Source: an uncultured Candidatus Saccharibacteria bacterium (GTDB lineage: Bacteria > Patescibacteriota > Minisyncoccia > Minisyncoccales > UBA1441). From it: a DNA stretch of 50,434 bases. Shown here in pieces: positions 24,972 to 35,373 of this stretch. Location of the stretch: assembly GCA_964572275.1 (NCBI GenBank), contig CAZNED010000003.1, positions 1 to 50,434 of the forward strand. Reading direction: 5' to 3'. Position 1 is the first letter of the stretch; each line of letters begins with the position of its first letter. Both the position numbers and the translations under genes were made by a program. The notes beneath the pieces were generated by a model, which worked only from the letters and a program-made list of their open reading frames with translations, ran no database searches and had not been told where the DNA came from.

Positions 24972-25849
24972 GGCAAACTTTTGATTAGACTTTTAAGACT
25001 ATATTTTTCTAAAAACTCAATTGCCTCTTTTCTATTATAACCTTTCCATTGATATTTTTCTAACGAGCTATCAATAGGAATATTACACTTAATGGTTCCC
25101 AGCTGGCGGCTCATGAAGGCTTCCTTTTTCTGCTCTATTAATTTACTCTTAAATCTATCGGGAATTTTATCCAGGTTTTGGTAAACTTCTTCTAATGTTT
25201 TAAATTTTTGAATCAATTCTTTTCCTGTTTTATCGCCGATACCTTTTACTCCCGGCAAATTATCCGTAGCATCTCCCTTCAGCCCTTTCAATTCTATTAA
25301 TTGCTTCGGTTCCAGTCCATATTTTTCCTCAATTTCATCTGGACCAAATATTTGATATTGCCCTATCCCTTGTTGCATAAGAATGATCTTTGTTTCAACG
25401 TTTGCTAATTGTAACAAATCTGTATCTCCGGTGATTATCAATTTATTGATAGGTTTGTCGATTATTTTTGATAAAGTACCAATTAAATCATCAGCCTCAA
25501 ATCCTTGTTTCGCTAAGATTGATATTCCTAATGTCTCTAATGCTTTCTTAATATATGGAATTTGTTGATAAAGTGATTCTGGGGCTTTAACTCTTGTTGC
25601 TTTATAATCAGAGAAAACTTGATGACGGAATGTTGGACCGGGGGCGTCAAAGGCGACAAATAAATGTGTCGGGCCATATTCTCTGATAATTTTAAAGATA
25701 ACTCTTAAAAAACCATAGAGTGCTCCGATTGGTTCTTTCCGGCTATTGATTAAAGGAGGAAGAGCATGGAAAGCCCTGTGAACAATGGCATTACCATCGA
25801 TCATAGCTATTGTTGGCTTTCCGAAATTAAGCTCTAAGTGATCATTCAT
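24968..25849 (-). CDS. 5'-3' exonuclease / flap endonuclease (stand-alone Pol I N-terminal domain)
   Basis: 293 aa. DGNAIVHRAFHALP, FDAPGPTFRH, GFEADDLIGTL, ITGDTDLLQL, GDATDNLPGVKGIGDKT. Confidence 0.85.
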   Translation of the reverse strand: MNDHLELNFGKPTIAMIDGNAIVHRAFHALPPLINSRKEPIGALYGFLRVIFKIIREYGPTHLFVAFDAPGPTFRHQVFSDYKATRVKAPESLYQQIPYIKKALETLGISILAKQGFEADDLIGTLSKIIDKPINKLIITGDTDLLQLANVETKIILMQQGIGQYQIFGPDEIEEKYGLEPKQLIELKGLKGDATDNLPGVKGIGDKTGKELIQKFKTLEEVYQNLDKIPDRFKSKLIEQKKEAFMSRQLGTIKCNIPIDSSLEKYQWKGYNRKEAIEFLEKYSLKSLIKSLP

Positions 25850-26330
25850 TATTAAATTGACTTAATTCCGATAATAAAGATCCCTCTATTATTATTTTTC
25901 TCTCATTTTCGTTTTCAAACAAAAACTTGATATTTAATCCCGGCAAATTAGATATATCAATCCTATTGCTCCATTCAACGGCCACAATATTATTTGGTGA
26001 ATTGATAATCTTCTCGAAACCTAATTCCTGCAGATTTTCCCGATCAGCTTCTGTTTCCAGGCGATAACAATCAAAATGATAAAAATTATGATATCGATCA
26101 TGATTAACGCTATAGCGCCTCATTAATATAAAAGTTGGGCTTAAGACAGATTGTCGGATTCCTAGCCCTTTCGCAAAACCCTGTATAAAAGTAGTTTTCC
26201 CTCCGCCAAGATCTCCTTCAAGTTTTAAAATTAAAGCCCGCTCTTGCCTTTTTTTCGATTTTAATATTGCTGAAGCTAATTTCATCCCGATAATTTTGGT
26301 TTCTTCAGTGCTATTAGTAATTAATACCAT
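25842..26330 (-). CDS. tsaE: tRNA t6A37 biosynthesis ATPase TsaE
   Basis: 162 aa. LEGDLGGGKTTFIQGFAKGLGI...SPTF...HFDCYRL. Confidence 0.85.
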   Translation of the reverse strand: MVLITNSTEETKIIGMKLASAILKSKKRQERALILKLEGDLGGGKTTFIQGFAKGLGIRQSVLSPTFILMRRYSVNHDRYHNFYHFDCYRLETEADRENLQELGFEKIINSPNNIVAVEWSNRIDISNLPGLNIKFLFENENERKIIIEGSLLSELSQFNNE

Positions 26331-26336
26331 ATTTGA

Positions 26337-26365
26337 TTGACGATTGGTTTAAAATAAGATAAATT
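26337..26365 (+). promoter_or_regulatory. candidate sigma70-type promoter for the 26381 operon
   Basis: TTGACG (26337-26342), 17 nt spacer, TAAATT (26360-26365), 15 nt before the ATG at 26381. Confidence 0.35.
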
Positions 26366-26380
26366 GACTAGACAAGAGAA

Positions 26381-27460
26381 ATGGACGAACGTCAACTTTC
26401 GGAATTCAAAAGACTGATTGAAAATAGCCGAGAAATAGCGATCATTCCCTCGCTCAATACTCGGGGCGAAGCTTTGCTGTCTAGTTTGGCCCTTCTCTTT
26501 AGTTTAAATAATTTTAATCGAAAAACAAGCTTACTTTTAGGTTCATTGCCCGCTTCTGTTGTCGCTGTAGAATCAAATAGAACTTGGCAAAATAAACCGG
26601 CCATTATTATTAATAGTCCTTCCGGAGAAAAAATCTCCCAATTGAGGTACGAAAAAAATAATGGGCGAGTTTATCTTCATTTCAATAGCCATGATCTTCC
26701 TATCCGAGAAGAAGATGTCGTTCTCTCATTTTCTCCACTTGAAACTGAATCGGACCTCTTCATATGTTTAGGATTCTCTGATATATCTGAAATACAGCAT
26801 CCTGATTTTCAAAAGAAAAAAGATACTGTTAATATTATTAACATTGGATGCAATAATAAAAATAATTTCGGACAGGTTAATTTATCGCAAGAAGGATCCT
26901 CTCTGACTGAAATTGTGACTGGAGTAATTGAATTTCTTGATCGAGATTTAATCAATCAGCAAGTGGGGGCTTATTTATTAAAAGGATTGAAATTATATGC
27001 TGCCCCTCAGGAACTCTCTGATAGATTGTGCCGTCAAATCGCTCAATTTGTTAATCGAGAAGCATTATCTTATACGCCTAATCCTTGTACCTCGGAGGAT
27101 GTGAATCAATTATCTTTTTTGGAAAGTGCCTTAGGGCAGATAGATTTTTATCCTCAGAAAAATATAGCCATCCTGGTCATCGATTCAGATAAATATCATC
27201 ATCTTGAAGCGCATGATCTTGTTTTTGTTATAGATGAATTGAGATCGAGACTACTTGAGCTAAATAATTTGATTGTGCTTTGGCATCCGGAAGAGGAGTT
27301 AACGCAGGGAATTATCTACCTAGAAGACAAAGGAAGGCTTGAACAATTTGCCGTATCTTATCCGGGCCATTATCAGGAAGGACGTGGCGTCTTTAATATT
27401 TCGAAATCAGATTTATCATTGATAAAGAATCAATTGACTAATTATCTTTTATCCCTCTAA
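26381..27460 (+). CDS. hypothetical protein, degenerate DHH/NrnA-like N-terminus
   Basis: 359 aa. FKRLIENSREIAIIPSLNTRGEALLSSLALLFSL follows the NrnA N-terminal pattern (..i.I..H.nPDgDalGS.lal...L) but lacks the His/Asp metal ligands. It has a TAATG overlap with the ATPase gene. Confidence 0.4.
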   Translation: MDERQLSEFKRLIENSREIAIIPSLNTRGEALLSSLALLFSLNNFNRKTSLLLGSLPASVVAVESNRTWQNKPAIIINSPSGEKISQLRYEKNNGRVYLHFNSHDLPIREEDVVLSFSPLETESDLFICLGFSDISEIQHPDFQKKKDTVNIINIGCNNKNNFGQVNLSQEGSSLTEIVTGVIEFLDRDLINQQVGAYLLKGLKLYAAPQELSDRLCRQIAQFVNREALSYTPNPCTSEDVNQLSFLESALGQIDFYPQKNIAILVIDSDKYHHLEAHDLVFVIDELRSRLLELNNLIVLWHPEEELTQGIIYLEDKGRLEQFAVSYPGHYQEGRGVFNISKSDLSLIKNQLTNYLLSL

Positions 27461-28794
27461 TGGAAACACAATTTTTCGAGCGTAATGTAAAAATTGATCC
27501 GAATATTGCCTCGGAGATTTTACCGCGTTTACGAAATATTCGCGATTTAAAACGCTTGCTTCGTCATAATTCCCAGGGAAACGTTTCTCGTTTTGTCGAT
27601 ATTATCATGGGAGGGGCCATTGCATTGAGAGCTTCTGATGTTCATATCGAGCCTGAAGTGGATAAAGCTTCTTTGCGCATTCGTATTGATGGAGTGCTCC
27701 AAGTAGTAGACGCTCTTCCTTATGATCTTTATCAGAAAATTGTTTCTCGTATCAAGTTTTTAGCAAAACTTAAACTGAATATTACAAAGAAAGCTCAAGA
27801 TGGACGTTTTGGAATTGACTTTGAGCATGAAGGAAGAGAGATTGAGATAAGAACCTCAGCTCTTCCGTCAAGCTATGGTGAAACTATTGTCATGAGAATT
27901 CTTGATCCCATCGCTTTGATTGATATTGAAGCCCTGGGTATGCGTCCGGATTTGCATCAAGATATTCTTGAAGAGTTAAAAAAACCAAATGGGATGATCT
28001 TATTGACTGGTCCAACAGGATCGGGAAAAACGACAACTCTTTATGCTTTCTTAAAGAAACTGAATGAACCCGGAATAAAGATCATAACTATTGAAGATCC
28101 AATAGAATATCAGATTACAGGCCTTTCTCAGACTCAAGTCGATGAAAAACAAGGATATGATTTTGCTAAGGGACTATCGGCTATTGTGAGGCAAGATCCC
28201 GATGTTATTCTAGTGGGCGAAATCCGAGATTACGAAACAGCTCATATTGCCCTTCAGGCATCTATGACTGGCCACCTGGTTTTTAGCACCGTTCATACCA
28301 ACGATGCCGCTGGAACCATTGCTCGATTAGAGGCATTAGGCGAAGAAGCTCATAATATCGCCCCCGCTTTAAATGTTGCTATTGCCCAAAGATTGATTAG
28401 GCGCATTTGCCCTGAATGCGGACAATTGCAGGAACCAAAACCAGAGGATTTTAAAGAATTAAAAGAGGGATTATCTAGTTTGCCTGATCGCATCCAAGTT
28501 CCAGAATTGAATGAAGAAACTAAGATCTATTATGCCAATCCGGGAGGTTGCCGTTATTGTAATTTCACCGGCTATCGAGGACGAATTGGTGTATTTGAAG
28601 CGTTCTTTGTTGATGACGAAATGGAAGAATTTGTTCAGCAATCTCCCAGCATTCCGGCTTTACGGAGAAAAGCCATTGATAAAGGCATGGTTCTTATGTA
28701 TCATGATGGACTTATCCGCATTATGAATAAAATTTCAACTTTGGAAGAGATCCATCGTGTGACAGCTAGGGTAAAGTTAAATGAAAAGAATTAA
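27460..28794 (+). CDS. GspE/PilB-family secretion ATPase (short form)
   Basis: 444 aa. Walker A LLTGPTGSGKTTTLYA. Asp box and Walker B DPDVILVGEIRD. His box GHLVFSTVHTNDA. A tetracysteine motif CPECG...CRYC. Confidence 0.85.
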   Translation: METQFFERNVKIDPNIASEILPRLRNIRDLKRLLRHNSQGNVSRFVDIIMGGAIALRASDVHIEPEVDKASLRIRIDGVLQVVDALPYDLYQKIVSRIKFLAKLKLNITKKAQDGRFGIDFEHEGREIEIRTSALPSSYGETIVMRILDPIALIDIEALGMRPDLHQDILEELKKPNGMILLTGPTGSGKTTTLYAFLKKLNEPGIKIITIEDPIEYQITGLSQTQVDEKQGYDFAKGLSAIVRQDPDVILVGEIRDYETAHIALQASMTGHLVFSTVHTNDAAGTIARLEALGEEAHNIAPALNVAIAQRLIRRICPECGQLQEPKPEDFKELKEGLSSLPDRIQVPELNEETKIYYANPGGCRYCNFTGYRGRIGVFEAFFVDDEMEEFVQQSPSIPALRRKAIDKGMVLMYHDGLIRIMNKISTLEEIHRVTARVKLNEKN

Positions 28795-29458
28795 AGCATT
28801 AACAATATTGCTCTTTTTAATAATAGGTCATTCCGCCTCTGCCCTAATAATCACTGAAGTACAAATCGCTGGAGATCAAACTGATAATGATTATGTTAAA
28901 ATATATAATGAACAGGAAGTAGATTCTCACGCAGATGGATGGCGTTTACGGAAAAAAAGTTCGACCGGTCAAGAATATTCTTTAAGAGTATTCCCGAAGA
29001 ATACAATTATTCCCTCTGGTGATTATCTGGTTTGGGCAAATTCGAAAAATGGTTTTGCCGAACAAATTGGAGCTGATTTAAGCAGTACCGGAGCGTTATC
29101 AAGCGATAATAGTATCGCTTTGATCGATCCAGAAGGAGTTATTGTTAGCTCCGTCGCTTGGGGACAGGGTCGTGAGCAATTTCAAGAAGGATTAAATCAT
29201 TTGCAAAATCCCAGTCTTAATCAACAAATCATTAGGAAAGAAACTGAAGGTGTTTATCAGATGACTCAATCAAATATTGATGATTTCTATTTAACGGAAA
29301 TCTCACTCTCTTCTGCCGAATTAGATTTTATTCCGTCTGTGCCATTAAGAAGAAGGCCTCAATCCATGACTGGGTTGATTCTAGCCGCCATTATTGTAAG
29401 CTTATGTGCTGGAAAGTTATTTACGCTTTATTATCAAGATAATTATAAAATATCATGA
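28781..29458 (+). CDS. secreted, C-terminally anchored lamin-tail-domain (LTD) protein
   Basis: 225 aa with a signal peptide. LIITEVQIAGDQTDNDYVKIYNEQ...GWRLRKKSS...IIPSGDYLVWANS...DNSIALIDPEG is the LTD pattern. A C-terminal TM is present (LILAAIIVSLCAG). Confidence 0.65.
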   Translation: MKRIKALTILLFLIIGHSASALIITEVQIAGDQTDNDYVKIYNEQEVDSHADGWRLRKKSSTGQEYSLRVFPKNTIIPSGDYLVWANSKNGFAEQIGADLSSTGALSSDNSIALIDPEGVIVSSVAWGQGREQFQEGLNHLQNPSLNQQIIRKETEGVYQMTQSNIDDFYLTEISLSSAELDFIPSVPLRRRPQSMTGLILAAIIVSLCAGKLFTLYYQDNYKIS

Positions 29459-30177
29459 GTGGTCATTCCCATTGGTCTACTATAAAACATAAAAAAGAAG
29501 CTACCGACAAAAAGAAGGGGGCTCTATTTTCTCAAGCTGCTCGATTAATTTCATTAGCAGCTCGACAAGGAGGCGCCGATCCTGAAAGCAATTTCGAATT
29601 GCGCAGCGCTATCGATAAGGCACGTGCAATCAATATGCCGAATAAGAATGTTGAGCGTGCCATTGAAAGAGGTGCCGGGACTGGTACCGATCAAGAAGAA
29701 TGGAATCGTGTCAGTTATGAAGCTTTCGGTCCCGGGCAAACTGCCTTGATTATCGAAGGCATTACTAATAATAAGAATAGGACTCTTGAAGAAGTAAAAG
29801 GGTTGCTTAGCCGTCATGATGCCAAGTTTGCAGAACCAGGATCAGTGCGCTGGCTTTTCAAGCATTCTGGAAGATTAGTTATTGCCGACGGGTTAAAAGA
29901 TAAAGAGAACAGCGAGTTGAAAGCAATTGAAGCTGGTGCTGTCGAACTAGAATGGATTGATGATAATCTTAATGTGTATGTTGATCCGGACACGATTAAT
30001 GAAAGCCGTAAGATGATTGAACAAAAAGGATTAACCGTTACTGAACAATTTCTTGATTGGATAGCTCAAGAAGAGATCACTATCGATGAACAGAGCCGAG
30101 AAAAATTGAGTAAGCTACTTGATGCGTTGAGCGAGCATGATGATATTCAAGAAGTTTATTTTAATGCCAATTTATGA
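29455..30177 (+). CDS. yebC: YebC/PmpR family DNA-binding regulator
   Basis: 240 aa. MSGHSHWSTIKHKKEATDKKKG... Confidence 0.9.
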   Translation: MSGHSHWSTIKHKKEATDKKKGALFSQAARLISLAARQGGADPESNFELRSAIDKARAINMPNKNVERAIERGAGTGTDQEEWNRVSYEAFGPGQTALIIEGITNNKNRTLEEVKGLLSRHDAKFAEPGSVRWLFKHSGRLVIADGLKDKENSELKAIEAGAVELEWIDDNLNVYVDPDTINESRKMIEQKGLTVTEQFLDWIAQEEITIDEQSREKLSKLLDALSEHDDIQEVYFNANL

Positions 30178-30680
30178 TTGTCTTGGGCATTGATCCTGGA
30201 ACAGCTGAGACCGGTTATGGTTTTATCACTGTTCAAAAACAACATCCCAAAATAATAGATTGTGGATTAATCAAAACTGAGGCTCAGCGCGAAGATGCTT
30301 ATCGATTGTTGACGATGGAAAAAGAGCTTCGTAAATTGATTCGCCAATACAACCCTGATGTTTTAGCGATTGAAAGTATTTTCTTTTTCCAGAATCGCAG
30401 ATCCGCCTTGGCTGTCAGTCAGATGAAAGGCATTGTTCTATTGACTGCTGAAAAACATAAAGTCCCAATCTATGAATTTAGCCCTCTAGAGATCAAGCTA
30501 GCCATCACCGGATGGGGAAAGGCTGATAAAGAAGAGATGCGTTTAGCCGTTCAAGAATTATTTACTCTTAAGGAAAATAATCATTCAAATCACGCTACCG
30601 ATGCTATCGGTGCGGCCGCTTGTTTTTTGATCAAGAATAAATTCCTCCAACCAATTGATTGGCACGAGAGAAAAAAATAA
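30174..30680 (+). CDS. ruvC: crossover junction endodeoxyribonuclease RuvC
   Basis: 168 aa. MIVLGIDPGTAETGYGFI...LAIESIFF...HATDAIGAA. Confidence 0.9.
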   Translation: MIVLGIDPGTAETGYGFITVQKQHPKIIDCGLIKTEAQREDAYRLLTMEKELRKLIRQYNPDVLAIESIFFFQNRRSALAVSQMKGIVLLTAEKHKVPIYEFSPLEIKLAITGWGKADKEEMRLAVQELFTLKENNHSNHATDAIGAAACFLIKNKFLQPIDWHERKK

Positions 30681-30689
30681 TCTTATTAT

Positions 30690-32573
30690 ATGATTTCTCG
30701 AAAGAATTTTAAAATATTCTTAATCAGTTTTTTTGAAACCCTGTTTATTATCATATTAATAGGCGTTATTTTAATATTGGCGCTTTTTCTCTATTACACT
30801 CATGATTTTCCTCGCCCTGATAAGTTCACGAATGATACTGCGGCTCAACCAACAAGAATTTACGATCGGCACGGGGAGATACTTCTTTATAATATTTTTG
30901 GGGAAGAAAATCGTTTAATCGTTCCTCTCAGTAAAATATCTTCTTATTTACAATATGCTGTCATTGCCTTGGAAGATGCCAAGTTCTATCAACACCACGG
31001 AGTAGATATCCAAGGAATTGTGCGCTCTATTCTAACCGATTTGAAGCTAGGTCGTCCTGCCGCTGGCGCTTCGACTATCTCCCAACAGTTAATCCGCTCT
31101 CACTTTTTAAGTACTCAAAAAACAGCTGAGAGAAAAATTAGAGAAATTCTTTTAACTCTTGAGTTAGAAAGACAATATTCCAAGGACGAGATATTAGAGT
31201 GGTATTTAAACCAAGTTCCATTTGGATCAAATTTTTACGGAGCAGAATCGGCCAGCCAAGGATTTTTTAATAAAACGGCTGAGCAGTTATCAATTGGAGA
31301 AGCCGCCACCCTAGCTGCACTTATCCAATCTCCCAGCGGCTTTTCTCCATATGGAGGTGATCAGGAAGCTCTTGTTGCTAGACAACAATACGCTTTACAA
31401 CGTATGTATCAATTGGATTTCATAAACAAAGAATCTCTTGATAACGCGTTAGTGGAAGACATCAATTTTGCCGAAATAATACACTCTCTTAAAGCCCCTC
31501 ATTTTACTCTCAAAGTGCTGGAAGAATTAGAAAGCGTGTATGGACGCTCAAGATTAGAGCGTGACGGATTGAAGATTTATACAACGCTTGATTGGCAGAT
31601 GCAACAGAGAGCCGAAGAAATAATTCAAGAAAAAGTAGAAGAATTTGAGATTTTTAGAGTTTATAATGGTTCTTTAGTAGCAATTGATCCTAATAATGGA
31701 GCTATTTTGGCCATGGTCGGATCCAAGGATTATTTTGGGACATCTTATCCTGAAGGATGTGAACAAGGATGTCTTTTCCAGCCTCAATTCAATGTTGCCA
31801 CCTCTGGAGAAAGACATCCCGGATCCGCTTTAAAACCATTTATCTACGCCGTTGCCTTTCAGAAAGGAGCCACCCCAGAAGATATTATTGAAGATGAGCC
31901 AACTAATTTTGGTTTATGGGGGGATTCTTATTACATTCCTCGTAATTACGATGGATTATTCCGCGGATCTGTTACTTTGCGTAGTGCCTTAGCTCAATCT
32001 TTAAATATTCCGGCCGTTAAAGTATTCATGTATTTGGCTGGGATAGAAGATAGTATTAAATTACTGAAGGAGGCTGGGGTTAGCAGTTCTCTCCCAGCCG
32101 TTCCTTCCTTAGTATTAGGCGGTGGCGGTGTCAAATTGTTAGAGTTAACTGCTGCTTACGGAATATTCGCCACAGAGGGTCTTAAGATCACTCCCTATAT
32201 GATCAGTCGAGTTGAAGATTCTCAAGGACGAGTTATTTTTGAAAATAAAAACTCTGTCGGTCTAAGGGTAATTGATCGCTCTGTAGCGCAAGATATCAAT
32301 AGTATTCTTTCAGATAATGAAGCACGTTCTCCGATGTTCGGATTAAACTCAAACCTTTACATCTCAAAATATCCTGATGTTGCCGCTAAAACAGGAACTA
32401 ATCAAGATTACAAAGATTTCTGGGCTATTGGTTATAACCGAGATCTTATTGTCGGAGTTTGGTTAGGGAACAATAATCAAGAGGGAATGATTCAGCGCCC
32501 TTCAGTCAGTACGGCAGGTGTAATTTGGAAGACATTTATGACCGAAGCGCTTGATCAGATTTATGGACTTTAA
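30690..32573 (+). CDS. class A penicillin-binding protein (GT51 transglycosylase + transpeptidase)
   Basis: 627 aa with an N-terminal TM. GT51 motifs ALEDAKFYQHHGVD, GASTISQQL, RKIRE. Transpeptidase motifs SALKPF (SxxK) and KTGT. Confidence 0.9.
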   Translation: MISRKNFKIFLISFFETLFIIILIGVILILALFLYYTHDFPRPDKFTNDTAAQPTRIYDRHGEILLYNIFGEENRLIVPLSKISSYLQYAVIALEDAKFYQHHGVDIQGIVRSILTDLKLGRPAAGASTISQQLIRSHFLSTQKTAERKIREILLTLELERQYSKDEILEWYLNQVPFGSNFYGAESASQGFFNKTAEQLSIGEAATLAALIQSPSGFSPYGGDQEALVARQQYALQRMYQLDFINKESLDNALVEDINFAEIIHSLKAPHFTLKVLEELESVYGRSRLERDGLKIYTTLDWQMQQRAEEIIQEKVEEFEIFRVYNGSLVAIDPNNGAILAMVGSKDYFGTSYPEGCEQGCLFQPQFNVATSGERHPGSALKPFIYAVAFQKGATPEDIIEDEPTNFGLWGDSYYIPRNYDGLFRGSVTLRSALAQSLNIPAVKVFMYLAGIEDSIKLLKEAGVSSSLPAVPSLVLGGGGVKLLELTAAYGIFATEGLKITPYMISRVEDSQGRVIFENKNSVGLRVIDRSVAQDINSILSDNEARSPMFGLNSNLYISKYPDVAAKTGTNQDYKDFWAIGYNRDLIVGVWLGNNNQEGMIQRPSVSTAGVIWKTFMTEALDQIYGL

Positions 32574-33697
32574 TTAGAACGAATGGGCATTAAAACATGC
32601 AAATAATCTTCTTGCCCATCTTGCTTGATAAGTGCCGCTTTATCTGCATCGGTTAAACATAGATAAGCGCTTGCTCCATTAATGTTCGTTAAAGCATCTG
32701 ATAAGAAGCGACCATTAAAAGCTATTTCCATATCTCCACCTGTTATCTCCGCAGATATCGATGATTTGAATTCTCCTACGCGAGAACTCTGGGCTTTTAT
32801 TTTGAGATTATTCTCTTCTGAGGAAACGGTTAGTCTTACTTCATAGGTTTGGTCAGAAAGTAGACTAGCAGCTTTAATTTTACTCAAGAATTCTTGTCGA
32901 TCAATTTTGATTGTAATCGGTGATTTATCGGGAATTACTTCTTGATATTTAGGGTAAGTTCCTTCTATTAAGCGCGAAACCATTCTTATTTCCAAATTAG
33001 AAGGAGCTTCGCCAAGAACTGTTAAGAATTCTATCTGATTATCATCTCCCGTAATTTTAACTGATGAATTAGATTCTCCGAGTATTCCAATAATATTATT
33101 AACCGCTTTTGCCGGTAAAATGATCTCATAATCTTTCTTCAATTTCTGAGATAAAGAAATCGTTTTTTGAGCCAATCGATAGCTATCAGTAGCAGCTAAA
33201 ATAAGTTGATCGTCTTTAAAATGCATATAAACTCCCGATATTTCCGGGCGGGTGCGCGATGGCGCTACGCATCCTATGACTTGCCTTAATCCTTCATTTA
33301 ATGCAGAACCGCTTATCTCTACTGTTAGTGACGATTCTGGTTTAGGAATAATTGGAAAATCTTCAGATTCCATAATCTGCAAAGATGTTTCATTCTCGGC
33401 ATCCTTGACGTTTAAAGTATTTTTTATCAATTCAATATAAAGCTTTTCATCGCTCATTAACCTACCAAGTGCGGATATAATACGCCCAGGGACTACAGCT
33501 TGCCCGTCTTTTGCAACTTTAGCTAGCGCTGTGACTTCGACTCCGATTTCTAAATCTGTAGCGGAAAAATGGACCGAATTATCATCAGCCTTGATCATTA
33601 TTCCTTCCAGAATAGGCAAGTTAGGACTCTTAATGGCAACTCTACTAACTATTGAGATAGCTTGATTAAGTTTTTCACGAAGGACTTCGATTTTCAT
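32570..33697 (-). CDS. dnaN: DNA polymerase III beta sliding clamp
   Basis: 375 aa. MKIEVLREKLNQAISIVSRV...LATDSYRLA-type segment (AATDSYRLAQ). It lies directly downstream of dnaA. Confidence 0.9.
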   Translation of the reverse strand: MKIEVLREKLNQAISIVSRVAIKSPNLPILEGIMIKADDNSVHFSATDLEIGVEVTALAKVAKDGQAVVPGRIISALGRLMSDEKLYIELIKNTLNVKDAENETSLQIMESEDFPIIPKPESSLTVEISGSALNEGLRQVIGCVAPSRTRPEISGVYMHFKDDQLILAATDSYRLAQKTISLSQKLKKDYEIILPAKAVNNIIGILGESNSSVKITGDDNQIEFLTVLGEAPSNLEIRMVSRLIEGTYPKYQEVIPDKSPITIKIDRQEFLSKIKAASLLSDQTYEVRLTVSSEENNLKIKAQSSRVGEFKSSISAEITGGDMEIAFNGRFLSDALTNINGASAYLCLTDADKAALIKQDGQEDYLHVLMPIRSN

Positions 33698-33916
33698 AAC
33701 TATAATAATATATTAATTATATAAATTTGTTGTTATTAGAGATGATGATTTTGTGGAAAAGATGATGAAAGCTAGATTGGTAAATGTTTTGTAAAAATAA
33801 TAATTTGGGGATAAAAAGGAAAACTTGTGGAAAATAAAATGGAATTTTGAAATTTTTTTCTAATCTCTATAAATTCTCAACTAATTCTACCATATTTACA
33901 CACTGATTATTCAGGA
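33698..33916. other. candidate oriC / DnaA-box cluster in the dnaA-dnaN spacer
   Basis: 219-nt AT-rich non-coding spacer. TTGTGGAAAA occurs twice (33751-33760 and 33825-33834) and TTGGGGATAA once (33805-33814). Each is one mismatch from the DnaA box TGTGGATAA. Confidence 0.5.
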
Positions 33917-35257
33917 TTACTCCCCATAAATTCTTTGTCGAATCATCCCTATTTCTTCAGATAAATGACCATCTTTTACCGCTTCTTGATCTATCTTAGT
34001 GCAAGCATATATCACCGTGGTATGATCTCGTCCTCCAAACAAATCACCGATACTCAAGTAAGATTTTTTTAGATCTTTACGCAATAAATACATAGCTATT
34101 TGTCGAGGATAAGCAATATCTTTTTTCCGAGTTGGAGAAAGTAATTCTTTTATCTCCAGATCATAATAGGCAGCCACAGAGGATATTATTTTTTGAGGAT
34201 TTGTTGATCGAACTTGAGTTCTAGTAAAATCCTTTAAGCATTTTTTAGCGGAATCAATATCAAGTTTAGTTTTCTTGAGATCTTGATAAGCCATGAGACG
34301 TTTTAATGCTCCTTCTAGCTCGCGAATATTATTTTGTACGTTAGTGGCCACATAATCTAATATTTCTGGAGGAATATCAGTTTTCCATTCTTTTGATTTG
34401 TTCTCTAAAATAGCTCGGCGACTTTCATAATCCGGTCTTCCTACGTCGGTAACCATTCCTCCTTCAAAGCGAGATCGAAGTCTCTTTTCAAGAGTAGGAA
34501 TGGCTGCGGGCAATCGATCAGAAGAAAGAATAATTTGACTATTTCTTTCATAAAGAGCGTTAAAAATATGGAAGAATTCTTCTTGAGTTTTGTCTTTACC
34601 GGCAACAAATTGAATATCATCAACTATCAATACGTCGAGTTGCTGAAATTCTTTTTTAAGAGCTTCGATATTCCTTGATTGAATGCTGCTGACAATCTGA
34701 GAAATTAGTTTATCAGCTGAAATATATTTAATCTTCATTTCATCTTCTTCGTCCAGTTTGTTTCCGATAGCCTGCAAAAGATGAGTTTTACCCAATCCAA
34801 CTCCACCATAGATGAAAAGAGGATTATATGCTCGTCCAGGGTCGCGAGTGACAGCTTCAGCGGCTGCATAAGCCATTTCGTTAAAAGAAGCGACAACAAA
34901 ATCGCGAAAAGTATACCTAGTATTTAAACCAGTTTTAGGATTAAGCTGGAGTTCTTCAAAAGGAATCTGTTTTGTGTGATTGACTTTGACTGGAACTTTT
35001 TCAACAGACTGTTTTTTAGAAATAATATATTTTATCTTACGAATATTAGGGTCGATTTCTCGAAGAGCCTTTAAAATGTCTTCATGATATTTTTTCTCAA
35101 GCCATTCTTTAGAGAATGAATTAGAGGTTCCGATAGAAACAGTGTCTCCTTCCCATTCTGCAATCTCTGCCTCTTTAAACCAAGCTGCAAAATTTGCGCG
35201 AGAAACACTAAACTGCAATTGCGCTAGGGCAGCTTTCCATAATTCATCTTTTGTCAT
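33917..35257 (-). CDS. dnaA: chromosomal replication initiator DnaA
   Basis: 446 aa. Walker A GGVGLGKTHLL, Walker B LIVDDIQF, sensor and DNA-binding helix (GGRDHTTVIYA). Confidence 0.95.
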   Translation of the reverse strand: MTKDELWKAALAQLQFSVSRANFAAWFKEAEIAEWEGDTVSIGTSNSFSKEWLEKKYHEDILKALREIDPNIRKIKYIISKKQSVEKVPVKVNHTKQIPFEELQLNPKTGLNTRYTFRDFVVASFNEMAYAAAEAVTRDPGRAYNPLFIYGGVGLGKTHLLQAIGNKLDEEDEMKIKYISADKLISQIVSSIQSRNIEALKKEFQQLDVLIVDDIQFVAGKDKTQEEFFHIFNALYERNSQIILSSDRLPAAIPTLEKRLRSRFEGGMVTDVGRPDYESRRAILENKSKEWKTDIPPEILDYVATNVQNNIRELEGALKRLMAYQDLKKTKLDIDSAKKCLKDFTRTQVRSTNPQKIISSVAAYYDLEIKELLSPTRKKDIAYPRQIAMYLLRKDLKKSYLSIGDLFGGRDHTTVIYACTKIDQEAVKDGHLSEEIGMIRQRIYGE

Positions 35258-35373
35258 AATAATGACACTTTAACACAATTAGCCATGCAATAGAATGAGT
35301 CAAAATACTCTTGTATTAAGGGCTTTCTAGGCAAGGGGGATAATATGTTAATATCTTGGGTAAGAACAGTTGA

